Shown piece by piece: positions 48,127-61,500 of a stretch of 64,000 nucleotides of DNA (position 1 is the first letter of the stretch; the number at the start of each line of letters is the position of its first letter). Below the pieces are notes generated by a model, which saw nothing but the letters and a program-made list of their open reading frames with translations, ran no database searches and was not told the origin of the DNA. This DNA comes from Podarcis pityusensis (taxonomy: Eukaryota). The stretch lies in NCBI GenBank assembly GCA_964106645.2, contig OZ067041.1; one strand, 5' to 3'. Made by a program: the position numbers and the translations under genes.

Positions 48127-51100
48127 CAGCCCAAGCAAGAAAACCCAAGAGGATTCTTCTTAAAAAAGAGAGAGAGAGAAAGGTTACTGTTCCGTAAGAT
48201 AGTGGACTGATAAGTTAAGTCTCACTGAATTCAGAGGGAACTTTCCTTCAGATAAACATGTATAGGATTGTGTGTTAGAGCGAGGTTGACTCAAGTGCAC
48301 AAGGCTGTGTCAAGAGAAGGAGGGTTGAACACCTATATGTATCATGAGTTATGCAGCAGAAAAGAAGTGAAGAAAACTTTAGGAACAGTTCTTATTTATA
48401 TAATTCAGCAGTGGAAACCTGTGGCCAATGGCTGTAAATGATTAGAGATGTAGCCTAGCAACACAAACTGCAGGTTCCCTCTGCTTAGCTATAGTTTAGC
48501 CTTGCATCCAAAATAGGCTAGCTTTTCTTCAGCTAATTTTACTATTATCCTCCAATGCTATGTCCTTTGGGAAAGCATCTCAGGGGCCATAGAGTGTTTC
48601 AGACCTCCCACTCCAAGGGTGGAGAGAGAGATTTGACCCCAGAGGGGAAGGTCCAACCTTGGGTAGCACCCGCTTGACATGAAAACCTCCATGGCTCTTG
48701 CCTCATTAACAATGGACTTCCAACATGAGAAGAGTCACAAAAGGGCCATGCTGGGGCATGGAACTAAAAGACCCATAGCATCCCCAGCCCTTGGACACAC
48801 TACTCCCCAAACCAGGGAAAACATATGCCAGCCCTGGAGCTCACCTAAGTGATTTCCCTCCCAGTGGAAACAGTGGGAAGGAAACAGTTCCAAAATGGAG
48901 AGTGAAGGAAGGAGGGAATGCCCAGAAAAGACAGAAGAACAGAAACTGTTCCTTCCCCTTCACTTCTAACTTGCAAGGTGTGTCTAGCAGGACTCCCATT
49001 CCAGCAGTGTCCCCCTGTCCCACCAACAGGTATGCTCTCTAAACACAATGAAATTTCTCAAAAAGTATCATCTTAAAACAAATGTAATTTAAAAATAAAA
49101 CATACCATATGACCTTCCTTCTCTCTTCTTGAATTTAGAATATGCTCAAAAACAACAGAAAGATTCAGGATTCCATTTCTTCCTTAATTTGCAGTTACTT
49201 TCAGGTCTGCATCTCAGATGATCTGGGGGAGATAAAACAGCTTGCTTGAAAAAAAATTAATCAGTGTGTGAAAGTTTCACATTATCAGGTGCTTTGCTCC
49301 TCCTCCATTACTGCGTTGCACAGGGGAAGAAACAAGCCCAAGCCAAAGCCTGTCATGTCACAATGTGCGAACACATGGGCCTGTGGTTTGTTTCCTTCAA
49401 ATGTCCACAAGTAGCCAGCCATGAACAAACTTTTGCTCCCACTCATTCTGCCCATGTTCTTATACTACAAGTCAGATTTTGGCTTTGTTTTCTTTCCCCC
49501 TGCTTAGCAGTGTCAGGAGCGAGAGGAGGCGCCTGAGCAAGGTGTGCCCCATAGTTCTACCTCAGACTTATCAAGCACTTGCCCAGGTGTACAGAGGTAC
49601 TGGAAAAAAGATGATCACTGTAGCACTTGCTGTATCTTTTTACCACCACTTCTGTACAGCACAGGGCCATCCATTTGTTTTGTTTTGTTTTAAAAAAACA
49701 TTTTTAAAGTGGTCAACAACAGCCCAAGTGGGTCTCCTGGAGCTGGTGAGGCCCAGAATTTAGTTGACCATGCTGGGTACTGAAGCAAGACCTGTTTACC
49801 AATGTTGCTGTTCAGCCTACAGTATGTGACATCCCGCATAAACACCTGCACTGGTTTCTTGTCCATTTGCGTAAAAACACCTCACCCTCACCTTTGCTAT
49901 CTCCACTACTGTATCTTGATATATCACTACCCGTGGCCTTCATTCCACCCTGCCAGCTATTTAAAGGTTTCCTGCTCACTTAAACAACTGTGCTCTTTCC
50001 CCCTTCCACTCCTTATGTCAACACCTTCATACAGAACACCTTCATGATGTAACTTCTCCCTTCCTTCAAAGGTTCCTTAAAACCCTCTTCCGTCAATATT
50101 TTTGGAGTACCACTTTAGTTCTCATCTCCTACTAAGCCTAAAGCACATGTAATTAAGCCCAACGCATACAACTGAACACTTTGCGAGGAAAAACCCACCC
50201 CAGCCGCACTTCACATCTCTCAACTGCTTTCCCCAGCTTAGTTCACTCCAAGTATTAGAGAAGAGCATGGAGAAAGCAGCCTGCATTACTCAAGCACAAG
50301 AGAGGCAAAGTTAGGGGGGAGGGGATTTGTCTTGTCATCAATCTTCATTTTGGCTATTCACAACCCTGTCTTTGACACAGGCAGGACTTCAGAGGGAAAC
50401 ACTTGGTGTCCCTCACTTGGAGGTGTATTATAGCCACATTAGGTGATGTCTGACTCTGATGCCCAAGGATGCCTTCTGCCTCACATTGGGAGCACAGGAT
50501 GGTCACTCTGAGTAGGGGATTCTCTATCCTGTGGTGTGGCCAAGAAATTCACACCAAGGGCTTCTTCTTCATGACTGCCTTCCCAGTGAAATGGCAAAGC
50601 ATGCTGGGAAAGGAACAACTGTACTTCACCAGCACTTTTGTTTCACTAGGATTTTGGATTGTTTTAACTTTGTGGCCTTGTGTGACTGAAGTGGGAAGGG
50701 GGCAGAGCAGAAGTGGTCCATTTTTATTAACACATGCTTCTTCCCCTGTACTTGGCCCATTGTCATAAAAACTTCAGTGAATGCCCTCATTGCCTTGAAG
50801 TGTGATGGCTGAGCATAAGCAGCAGGGCCTTTTCAGTTGTGGCACCTACATATAAAGCAACTTTATCCAGGAAACCCTGCCCATCTCATTTACTTGAATT
50901 TCATCATCTTGTTCATACCATTTTAGGCAGGATATTGGCTGAAATTGATGGCTTTGTTATTTTCTTATCTGTTTCTGCAATGAGCAGAAACCCTGTATTC
51001 CTCAGACTCTTTTGTGTTACTTTGTGTGTTATGGGGTTGTTTTATTTGTATACACAATCAGTTTTCACTTAGATGACTAGATACCATTGTATCATATTGG

Positions 51101-52689
51101 GACATACATTTGCTAGATGTATCACAAAACTCATGTTCCACATGAAGACATTCTGGCGCATCTGCTTGGGCCTACTGAAATTAAATCTAAACAGAATGCT
51201 TTATTTGTATGGGCTGGTTGTAGTTATTCAAAAGATGGCTAGGCAGCACATAGGACATGGCCAGATGCACTTTATTTTTGTGTATCCCAGGGCTGGCACC
51301 TTGTGATGAAAACAGTTCTGGGACTGAAGTAGCAGATTCTATAGCTGACCTAGCTGGATCTCAAGTTAGTTCTTGTTGGTCTGTGTGGCTGGATTTGGCA
51401 TCAGTATGGTTGAGTTGATTTCAGCAGGCAATGGTATTTGATAGCACCACACTGTATTTCTTTATCACATTTATAGCCTAACTTTAAACGACAAAAGTCC
51501 CCTCCCCCTGCCCCAAGATATATATACACCATAAAATCTTCTCCTCTTTGGTACCTGAAATCTGAAGTGAGACTAATTGATTTTGAAGCAACTGTAACTC
51601 TCCTAGCTCTTGCCAGAATTTACATTGCAAAAAACGAGAAGATCAAAGCATGTGTTCAGTTAAAAGTCTGGTTGGAAAATAAATGACAAGTAATAACATG
51701 CATTAAAATGCACATCTAAGAAGAGAAGACATAGATCAACATGAGAATAAGTCCACAGAGCACTGGACTTTTTCATGTCAATGGAATGAGAAAACTGAAG
51801 ATAATATTTACCCTTATAACTCAATCACAGTGATTTGATCATTAAACAGCTCTTTCATTTGGAGACTCTCCATTTTAGATGTTCTGGTTTATTTTATCTC
51901 TTTTTCGATTCTACTCACCATTTTTAAAGAATTTATCTCCACATATTCTTCCACTCTCTGTCAGCTATCCATTAATAACTTATCAATAATCTTAATAGAT
52001 TATTTATCTGTACATATATGCCTTTGTGCTATGATTTCTCATTTCTCTCTCCTTTTACTTTTTGACTATAAAGCAATGATGAGATAATGCTATTTTATCT
52101 GAATCAATCACATGACAATAAAGCACATTTCTGATTTAAAAAATAACAATAAAAAATCATCACCATATTACAGTAAGGCTTCAATTCCATACTAACTTAC
52201 CTGGGAGTAAGCCCATTTGAAGTCTATGGGGCATACTTTAGAGTTGACATGCATAAGATTGTACTGTAAAATACAAAAATCGGGGAGTTAACAAAGCAGC
52301 AGTAACCTAGACCAACAAGGACAAACCTAAATTCATAGTTTCTTAGGTACCAGTGTAAGTTCAAGCCCATAACTATTTTCATTAAGAGGGGTCAGCAAGT
52401 GATAAAACAAAAGCAAAATCACATCTGGCTATTATGACCAAAGCGCTCCCCAGAATCCTCCTGCATAGCTAGAGCCAACCCACGTGTATGTTGGTTTGGG
52501 AGAAAGTATGTCACAGGGTGCACATTCTATTTGTGCTTGAACCTCCATCTCCAAATGCTAGCATCTCAAGAAGTGTAAAGCACTTATGAGAGGGCACATT
52601 AGCACCCTTTTCCTTCTGCAGAGAGCAATTCCCCCCTACTCCTTACCCAGAATGACATCATAAGGCTCAACAGCCCACCACACCCATTT

Positions 52690-54110
52690 TCCTGCGCACG
52701 CTCACAGAGCCCTCTTTCACCCCACCCACAGGGACTACCCCGAGCATAGCGGGTGTGCGGTCAACTGTGTCCGTATGGGCAACGCACAGGCGCAGTGAAA
52801 AGAAGTAACCATGCACCGAGAGCTGGCAACTGACATGCGTATTAGACACCCAGAGGAATACAAGGGCATGCGTATTCCGTACCATGAGCGAGGCTGCTGG
52901 GATCAACGCATGCGCCGCAAAGGGGTGGGAACCCGTTTTGTAACCTGCGCAGGCGCAAATGCGAGCTCAGGGACCGCAGCCCTTACACGGTGGAGGGGGG
53001 GAAAAACATACCTCAGAGTTACGTCAGGAAAAGACGCCTTTGTGCATGGGGAAACCCACGCCTTTGTGCAGGGTGGGGGGAGACCCGCCTTGAGCAGGCA
53101 GGAACTGGGGCCCGCTACTCACCTTCTCCGCCGCTGGACAGGCTCCCCCCTTCCTCCCCCCCACTCTCCGGCCGCCTCCTTTTACGATTCACCCGCGCGC
53201 GCTGCCGCCACCGCCGTGATTCCATCCATCTTGAATTTGACGTCATCCCACACCAGGGATGAGGTCATCGCAGTGAACGCTCGTCACGTGCGCAACATTC
53301 CGATTGGTCAGCGCCAGGCGGGGACGGCTGAGGGGGGGGGCGGCGGCAGGAGAGCATAAATTGCCCGAAATGGCGGTGGAGCGTGTTTGTGTTTAATGGG
53401 GTGTCATAGCAATTGCGGGCGATGTTTCTCCTCCCCACAGCCAGCCAGCGCTCCCTGCCTTGGCCGCCTAAGCCAAGTAGGGGAGCGGGCGGCGCTGGTC
53501 GTTGCTAAGGGCGGCGGGAACTCAGCAGGTCTCTGAGGAGGGAGGAGGAGGAGGAGGAGGCCTGAGGGACATGAAGCCGACCCAAGGCGTCCCCCCTTTT
53601 TTTAAAGAATGAGGAAGGGAGTCTTTCCTCTGTGGATTCCCCTTAATAAGCACTTCCCGCGGCAGGATACGCCACGCGCGCGCGCGCTCCTCTGCCAAAT
53701 AAAAACTCCCGGGTGGAAACTTGCTGCCTGTGTGAGTTCTGAAGAAAGAAGGAAGGAAGGAAGGGGTGGGGAATAAATATATTTCCAGCAGTCTTTGTTT
53801 TCTTAATAAAATGCCGCTTGTGCCTCGGGAAGCGCCAATAATAAGTGGCATCTCTTTTCGTCCTCCTGGAGTCACTTCATAGTGCGAGCTGGGTCTTCAA
53901 AGTAGCCGGCGCCCTGCTGAGCGCGTTTCAGTCTTGCAGCCCTGCTGCCGATCAAGGCGAGGTTCCCCTTCCCATCCGCAAATGCAGAGGGAAAGGAGGC
54001 TCTGATTCAGCGCCAAGTTAATGTTCAGGGAATTTACACAGGCGAGGCCTTTCCGTGCCTCGTATCTAATGCGAATCACCAGCCTGCTGAGCAGCTGGAT
54101 TGCGCCTTTG
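52690..54110. promoter_or_regulatory. CpG island / ZBTB21 promoter
   Basis: NRF1 TGCGCAGGCGCA 52946-52957; TTACGTCA 53019-53026; perfect CRE TGACGTCA 53238-53245; E-box GTCACGTG 53283-53290; ATTGG (CCAAT on minus) 53303-53307; YY1-like AAATGGCGG 53368-53376; RFX-like GTTGCTAAGG 53501-53510. Confidence 0.85.
53123..53240 (-). other. ZBTB21: Probable non-coding exon 1 of ZBTB21 (TSS approximate)
   Basis: Strong donor GAAG|GTGAGT (GT at 53122-53121) in the CpG island, immediately downstream of the CRE/E-box/CCAAT cluster. Confidence 0.6.
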
Positions 54111-54460
54111 AATTTTATTTGTTTATTGAAAAAAGCACATACAAGAAGTGAAAATAACTGGCACAGGACAAGCGCAAACATGCTTTTAGCATGCGTGAGG
54201 AAGAATTCATGTTGCTTTCCCATGATTTGTGAGAACTGCAAAATGACAATGCAACTTAGTTGAGTTGTGGTTTTCGGTTTCTGTAGCTGTCCTTGTTACC
54301 AGGGAATCTTGATTCGGTGCATTCTCTGTATTAAGTTTTATTTTATTCATTAAGTTTGTATAAGTTATATTCATTAAGTTTGTCATCCAAAGTAACTTAC
54401 AACCAAACAAATAGACAGTAAACCCCACATAGATACAGTAAGCCTGCAACCCCAGGAAAG

Positions 54461-54580
54461 GTATAGCGTCGTAGGTAGAGCATTAGACTCTTAATCTGAA
54501 GGTTGGGCAAAAGATTCCTGCATTGCAGGGGATTGACTAGATGACCCTCATGGTCCCTTCCAGGTCTACAATTCTATGAT
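54461..54580 (+). mobile_element. tRNA-derived SINE with CR1-type tail (tRNA-Lys-like head, B-box deleted), nested in a MITE
   Basis: GGTAGAGCATTAGACTCTTAATCT head, then TTCCTGCATTGCAGGGG..GACTAGATGACCCT..GGTCCCTTCCA..ATTCTATGAT. Confidence 0.7.
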
Positions 54581-54769
54581 AACTTAGGTGCGGGTTATGT
54601 TCTGGGGTGGGATTGCCAAAGTCATTTTCTCCAGAATCCTGACCCCTTTCCACCACCATTTTATTTATTTATTCCCATGCTTGTAAAGCTAGATGTGCAC
54701 AATTTAACTGTGCATAAATTGCTATATATTAAAACCAAGAGGAAAGAGAAATACATTAAAAGCATCCCA

Positions 54770-55265
54770 CCCACTTCTAAAGGCTACACATAGTTAAAGG
54801 CCAACTTTGAAAGTTTTTGTCTGTCGCCTGAAGACAAATGATGGTACCAGGCAGTCCTCCCTGGGGAGAGCATTTCACAAGCATGGAGTCACTGCAAAAA
54901 ATGCCCATTCTTGTATGGTTGCCCTCTGGACCTCTTGTAGAGGAGGCACATGAAGAAGGGCCTCAGATGATGATCACCGAGTCCAGGTCGGTTCATAGGG
55001 AGAAGCGGTCCTCGAGGTATAGCTGTCCTGAGCCATTTAAGGCTTTATAGGTCAAAACCAGCACTTTGAACTGGCTCCAGAAATTAACTGGGAATCAATG
55101 TGGTTGGGCCATGGTTGATGTCATTTGCTCAAACTGTATTGCCCCCGTGAGCAATTCTGCACCTTCTGAATTCTGTACCAGCCACTGAATTCTGTGCCAG
55201 CTGAAGTTTCTGAACTGTCATCAGACATTCTCACATATAATGTGCTGTGATCTAACCTAAAGGTT
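54770..55265 (-). mobile_element. L2-clade LINE fragment (reverse)
   Basis: The reverse complement reads TTCAAAGTGCTGGTTTTGACCTATAAAGCCTTAAATGGCTCAGG, homologous to the 2.1-kb and 17.4-kb copies. Confidence 0.7.
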
Positions 55266-55312
55266 AGATTTTCTGGCTCTCTCTCCCCCCACCCCACCCT
55301 GTCAAGCCCATA

Positions 55313-55535
55313 CAGTGGTACCTCAGGTTACATACGCTTCAGGTTACATACGCTTCAGGTTAAAGACTCCGCTAACCCTCAGGTTAAGAACTTTGCTTCA
55401 GGATGAGAACAGAAATCGTGCTCTGGCTGTGCAGCGGCAGCAGGAGGCCCCATTAGCTAAAGTGGTGCTTCAGGTTAAGAACAGTTTCAGGTTAAGAACA
55501 GAATTAAGTACCGTACTTAACCCGAGGTACCACTG
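55313..55535. mobile_element. Tc1/mariner MITE, same family as 15360-15925, without the SINE
   Basis: TA|CAGTGGTACCTC...GAGGTACCACTG|TA; shared internal GATGAGAACAGAAATCGTGCTCT and GGCCCCATTAGCTAAAGTGGT. Confidence 0.85.
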
Positions 55536-58500
55536 TATTGCCTATTACAACAATGTCTCACACTATAACCAGGGGAACTCACTGAAACAGTTCCTGTACC
55601 TCTTCTGTGGGTGCCATTGCCAGTATAAGAGAAAAGGGGGGCATTCATGGGGAGTTTCAGCCCTTCCTTTTCTGTATGTTCTTTTGTTACCCATGAAAAT
55701 CTTTTAATAAAAACATTTTTAAAAACCTTAACCACTTGTTCTCACTAGCCTAGCTACTGTACTGGAAGGCAGTTAACACACCACCTAGGAGGACACTCTC
55801 TTGCTCGCTCGCTCGCTCGCTCGCTCTGTCTCTCACACACAAACACCACAAGCCAAAAGCACTATAATGTACTTACAGTTGTTTACATATTGCATTTATT
55901 TTTTATTGTTTAGCCATTACAAAATACTAAAAACAAATTGAGACTTAGAGACTGTCTTCCATCTGTAACACATTAACTTGGTGGACATCTGGGTAGATAT
56001 ACATAGAATTATGGCAGAGTATTTCAAAGATGGATGAAATCCAAAGAAAATTAGCTATGTTGCAAATTTATTGAAGTAAAATTGATCTGGACACATACAA
56101 TCCTGTTGATTCAAACGGGATTTGCTGTACAATCTGAAAATGCTTAATACTGAATTCAGTGGAACTGCTTCTGAGTAAGGTCTACCAAACTTCCTTTGGT
56201 TTATGTCTATTTTTTGTAATATACTGAACTATCAAAACCCTCCTGAAGTACAAATTCTAAAATTTCAAAGCAAAAATTCCATTTTATTTTTTAAAAAACA
56301 GTGTTCATACCATAAGTGTAGAGAAGTCAAACACACACCCTGAAAAAAGTCAATGAAAATGGTAATTGTAAACATTTTTTCTTCATTAGTATAGTAGTTA
56401 TGTACAGCTGTTATTTTCCTGTTAACAAGGCTTTAGGGATTAGGTTTCTTGGCAGGACTTGCAGTATAGTAATGGAACACCATTTCTCTTGATTGTAGTG
56501 TATAAAAGGTTTGTGCATATAACATTCAGAAGGTTTTAAAGAGAAAACCTTAGGCTTATTTTGTGTGTGTCCTCAAAATGTAAAAAACCCGAAACTGCTC
56601 CCTGCCAATAGAAAGCTAACATATCATGGATAAAGATTTTATTCTAGCATTCTCTCTGCTCATAGAAAGTTAAAACATTACGAAGAAGTCTGAGCTAAGA
56701 ACCAAACCAGACGTGATGTGGGATATCTGTAGAAAGGTTTTCTCATGGTTGGTTTATTGTTAAAGCGGTGGGGGGCGGGAATCGGGACCTCAGCACAGGA
56801 GAGGAGTTTAACCTTTTCTTCTGCCATTTTTCTGATCTAAATTATCTCACCAAAATGCTATTTGTGTCATGCGGATTTAGCAGACTTTCTTTTTTCTTTT
56901 TGGAGGTTGGGGGAGAGGAGGAGGGATATAATCAGGGCTGGCCTGAAATGTTTTGCTGCCTGTTCCACAAATGGATTGGTAGGTGATGATGAGACAGCAT
57001 ATTCCGCTGTGGCTGAGGGCAGCAGGCTAGCTTAGAGGGAGTGAAGGATAGCACAACTCTGTCCTTCAACCTCACCAAAATTTGCTTCCCGCTCCACCTG
57101 CCCCCTGCCCACTCAAATAATGCAGTGCGGTAGCTGCAATGCCAGCATGTGTTTCATGAGCACAGCAACACATGGGCGATACTTTCTGGAGTGCATGGCT
57201 TGGGCTGTTTGCCTCTCTGCTGACCTGGTCAAGTGCCTTTCCTAAACGCACTGTTGGCAATACATTGCAGAAAAACAGCCCAGGTCAACAAGAAACAAGC
57301 ACCTTTGCCTCTAGGGCACCGCAGCTCAGCAGGATGGGAATAGTGCAACTGGGGAACCCTCAGCGGAGGCTTCCACCTCTGCCTATTGGTAGGGCTGGTG
57401 CTGGGACTGCATAGTTTCAGTCAGAAAAAGGGTGGTGGCAGCAAGGGACTGGATTAAACCTCCCCCTCACATTGCCGTCTCAGTCTGATTCTCCTTAGCA
57501 TGCATGTCTGTTTTGACCTTAAGAGCAAAAACATAAGATATTGATAAAGAGGACCTCCTGCATCAAACTTAAATTGACCCTAAAAACCTTTCCTCTGGCA
57601 GGTTTTCATGCACACAATTTTTTTTCTATACCGGGGAGATGTTAAATGTATTATTTCCCTACTTCCAATGAGGTGTATAGCACATAATATATTTGACTCA
57701 GTCCTTAAAGTCTGTTTTGAAGTGGTTGTAGGCTTGGAGCTGTTCACAAACAGTTGACTCTTTTTTTAATATCACTTTGTAGTTTCAGTTATGATGGGAT
57801 GGCCTAAACATCTTTCAAGACCTGGTGGCTTTCATTGTAAAAAACTTCTTTTAGCATGTTATTTAAGCCCGAAAGGGTGAGATGTCTGGTGAATAACAGT
57901 CATACAAATGAGCTGTCAGCCAATTTGACAGAATCTGCTCTGTATCTGATGTGTTGCACAGGTGAAAGAATTTTATTTATGTAGATTTTTATCTTTATCA
58001 TTCTTGACCACAGGGTGGGTTACAAACATTTGCAAACATTGCATTTCACCGGAGGAGAAGATAAAACGAAAGTTCCAGTTAGTTACATTTCTTAAAACCA
58101 ATAGCTGCTATGAAATCACAGTATTTAAAAGCGGGGGGGGGGGGGGGGAACGGGACGGGTGGACTTGGAGCTGATGGCAAAAAGATTAAACCATTACTGC
58201 AAACCCCACAAGTGCCCCTATTTTCCAGGGACAGCCCCAGATTTACAGAAGCCATCCCTGTTTCTGATTTGATCCCGGAATGTCCTGCTTTTCCTATTTT
58301 CATGGGAGAAATGTTGAAGGGTATGGAGTTATGTGACTCCCAAGCCAAGGAGATAAGTAACTATATAACCTTTAGAAGATATCTGAAGGCAGCCCTGTAG
58401 GTATAGCTACGATTTTAAATGTTTCATGTTTTATTATGTATTTATATATAATAAATATATTTATTATATATAAATACATGGCTGGGGCAGCCTAGTCAGA

Positions 58501-61500
58501 TGGGCAGGGTATAAATAATAACATTATTATTATTATTATTATTGAATAGGATGTCCCAAATTTCATCAGATAAATTTTGGAGGGTATGTTAGTGCCAGCT
58601 AGACTTCCAAAAGGAGGACATTCCACTTTCAAGGTGTCACCACTAAGAATATCCGTTCTCCTATCTATATATCTCAGCACTACAAAATTATGAATAGATT
58701 AGAAGGAAGCACATACTGTTTGATGCACCCCGGGGTGGATAAAGTTAACAACTTTCTTCTCCCTAAAGTTTGAATGAATTTAGGTAAAAAATCGAGGTAT
58801 ATTTAGATAATGGACGCTTACCCCATTCTTGTGTGGGTGTATAAAGCCTGTGTAGAACTCTGAAACAAAGGCTGTCAGTAGCTGAAAATACTGTTGAATT
58901 TTCTTAATCCCTTTTAGCAACTACAAAATCCTATATTTCCTTATAGGTTAAATTTCCTTGAAGTAGTTGCTATTGATGTTGACAAGATTCAAGCTTAGCT
59001 TCTGGTGAATGCAAATTTATTGTCTTATACTTAACTATATTTGTAAACCTGTCAGTTTTGTGGCTGCTACTTTGCTTTATTCAGCAGTATTAGCAACTGA
59101 GCCAAAATAAATCATAATTTTAAAAAAGGACTTGTAATGAACACAGGATATGAATTGCCTGCGGGATCTGCCCCTGATAGTTCACAAACTGTAATTTATC
59201 ATTTAGCTCTTTGCAAGTGACTCACCCACATGAGAAAAATAAAACTATTCAGATTCAGTTGTCGGTGTCACACTGCCTTTGGGTATTTACACATATAAAA
59301 CAAAAAAATACTGGGTTGTGTTTTTTACGGATATAAAAAAACCCCATAGTAAATGGACACTTTATAAATATACTAATTTGAAAGCACATATATGTTTGAT
59401 TTTGTTTTTATAATCATTATGTAACATGTTTTACTTGAATGCAAAAGTATGGAAAGGATAAACAAGTTAATAAGGTGCTATGGGAGCTGTGCAGGTTATG
59501 GCTTGTTAAAGTCAGAGCCTTGAGTTACATGCGCAGAAGAAGATGCAAGGTCATTTAGAGAAGGTCATGTCTTCTCAGTGTCCAACATTACAGATGCTTC
59601 CATTGATTTACATTTCCACTGCTTCTCACTATCTCCAGTTATCCATACCTCCCGCCCTCCCTGCCAAACACATGCACATCATAGGCCAGCAATTATACTA
59701 CAAACAAACTTTGGATATTGATCTTAATAGGAACTAGCAAATAAGAGAGTTTTGTTTAAAACAAGGCTTATAACTTATTAGGATAGGTGTAATAGTTTGT
59801 AGAAGTGAGGAGATATGCAGATAAATATCCTTAAGATGGTAGCTGTGCTGTCTTTACACATACTCAAAATTATTTTCAGATCAGCTTAATGAACTAATGC
59901 AGTTATGGGCCATGTGTTAAGCATGAAGGCTAGATAACAAGCAGCTAGAGAGTGCAAGGACAGGCAGTTGCTCTTCCAAAACAGATGAACTCATCCCTCT
60001 CCATCTATTTGCTTCATAATGATAGAATCTGCCTAACACATTTGGAGCTAGCTAGGGGTAATATGACAGTACAGTTCAGACTCACTGATGAAAAAAATAT
60101 ATTATTTGGGTACCTGAACCAGGGATGCCCCATCTTCTTAAGACTGTTGGACAGTGGGCAGTGGTGAGGTGTGATATGCCTTAGAACCCAGCTACTGGCT
60201 TCCAGGAGGGAGGTTCTGTGATGGAGTGAGATGGCACAAGCAGGATACATGAAATGAGAATGAGTTTGCTGTATTGTTTTTGGTCTGAGCGCTGATTCTG
60301 AATGGGTTGTCCATTAATACTACTCATTTCAGAACATTCTTTTCTTTTACGTTCTGTAGTCTCCTACAGCACAACAGAACAGGATGATGTACAGCAACAT
60401 TCAGTTCTTCAACAGCTGATACCATTTAATTGAATGGACAAGTTCCTGTTATTTTAGTATCAACATTTCAGTTTTAGTACAACAAATCCACCTTACACCA
60501 CCTTTCACTTCAAGAAGAAAAAGTATTATTCCCTGCTACTCTGGGTACTTCCAAATGGCTTTTATTTTTCCTTTTCTGGTGGGGGTGGGTGGGTAGGTGT
60601 GCAGCCAGGGATCTGACACCTGCAAGCCATATTGGGTCTGTTTTAATCCTCAGTAATTCCAATCAGGATGGTCTAGAGGAGATCAGAGAGGTGGGTTTGT
60701 CCAGAGAGTGGTGCAAATATAAAACAAAGCAACCAACGCTTACAACTTTGTATCTTCAAGTTTTGTTTTGTTTTTTACAGTCAGTGTTACCAGCAAATAA
60801 TGGTCAGTAACAAACCACACAGCCAATAAACAAGAAGCTGCTTTAGGGATGAATTTCATTTTACTTTGTATTCAAATAAATGTACATAAAGAAATGAAGC
60901 AGAGGGAAGAAATTAGAAATGGTTGGGACAATTGAATTTAGGGAATGGAAGGAAAGGTTCAAATATTTTGGGTATCATGATAAGGAATCTGAGGTGTGAA
61001 TTGAGCAGAATGTAACAGATTTTTAGAAAATTAAGACAAAAGTAAAAGACTACCAACCATATCCAAGAAGTAAAAAATGCCCCAAAGGGTAGGAAAATCC
61101 CCCATCTGACAAATTATGCAAAAGGGTGTTGAAAATATTTTCTGTTGTCTAAAATGGCTGGCAAATCTATTTTGAGTCCTTCACTGAAAACCTCTTTTGA
61201 CTTGTTTCCACGGCACTGAAACATTCACTATAGTAACCGTAGCCAGGGGGGAATCGTATCCTCAGGGGATATGAAAGCTCCTCTTAAAGGTAAATGGAAA
61301 CATTGCTTAATCAAATTCATTTATCTTTTGATTGAGACCACTTGCAGCACAGAATTTGAACATGCATATAATGCTGCAAATAATCCTACAAGGAAAACCA
61401 AAATACTTTGTTCCCAAGAAAACTCATGTGCATGCTGTAGAAGTTAAAATGAAAGGTAGATAAGGCTAAGAAAACCAAACAGGGACTGGTGCTGCATATG

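Noticed and set aside
52190-52260. Perfect donor-like CAG|GTAAGT on minus at ~52200 as a possible ZBTB21 5' UTR exon 2
   Set aside because: It sits in what looks like a common lizard repeat (ACTTACCTGGGAGTAAGCCC), and no acceptor can be assigned confidently without RNA data.
52811-53359. 182-aa plus-strand ORF
   Set aside because: Overlaps ZBTB21 promoter motifs; no recognisable domain.
54461-54510. tRNA-Lys(CTT)-like sequence
   Set aside because: The T-arm/B-box is deleted; part of a SINE.
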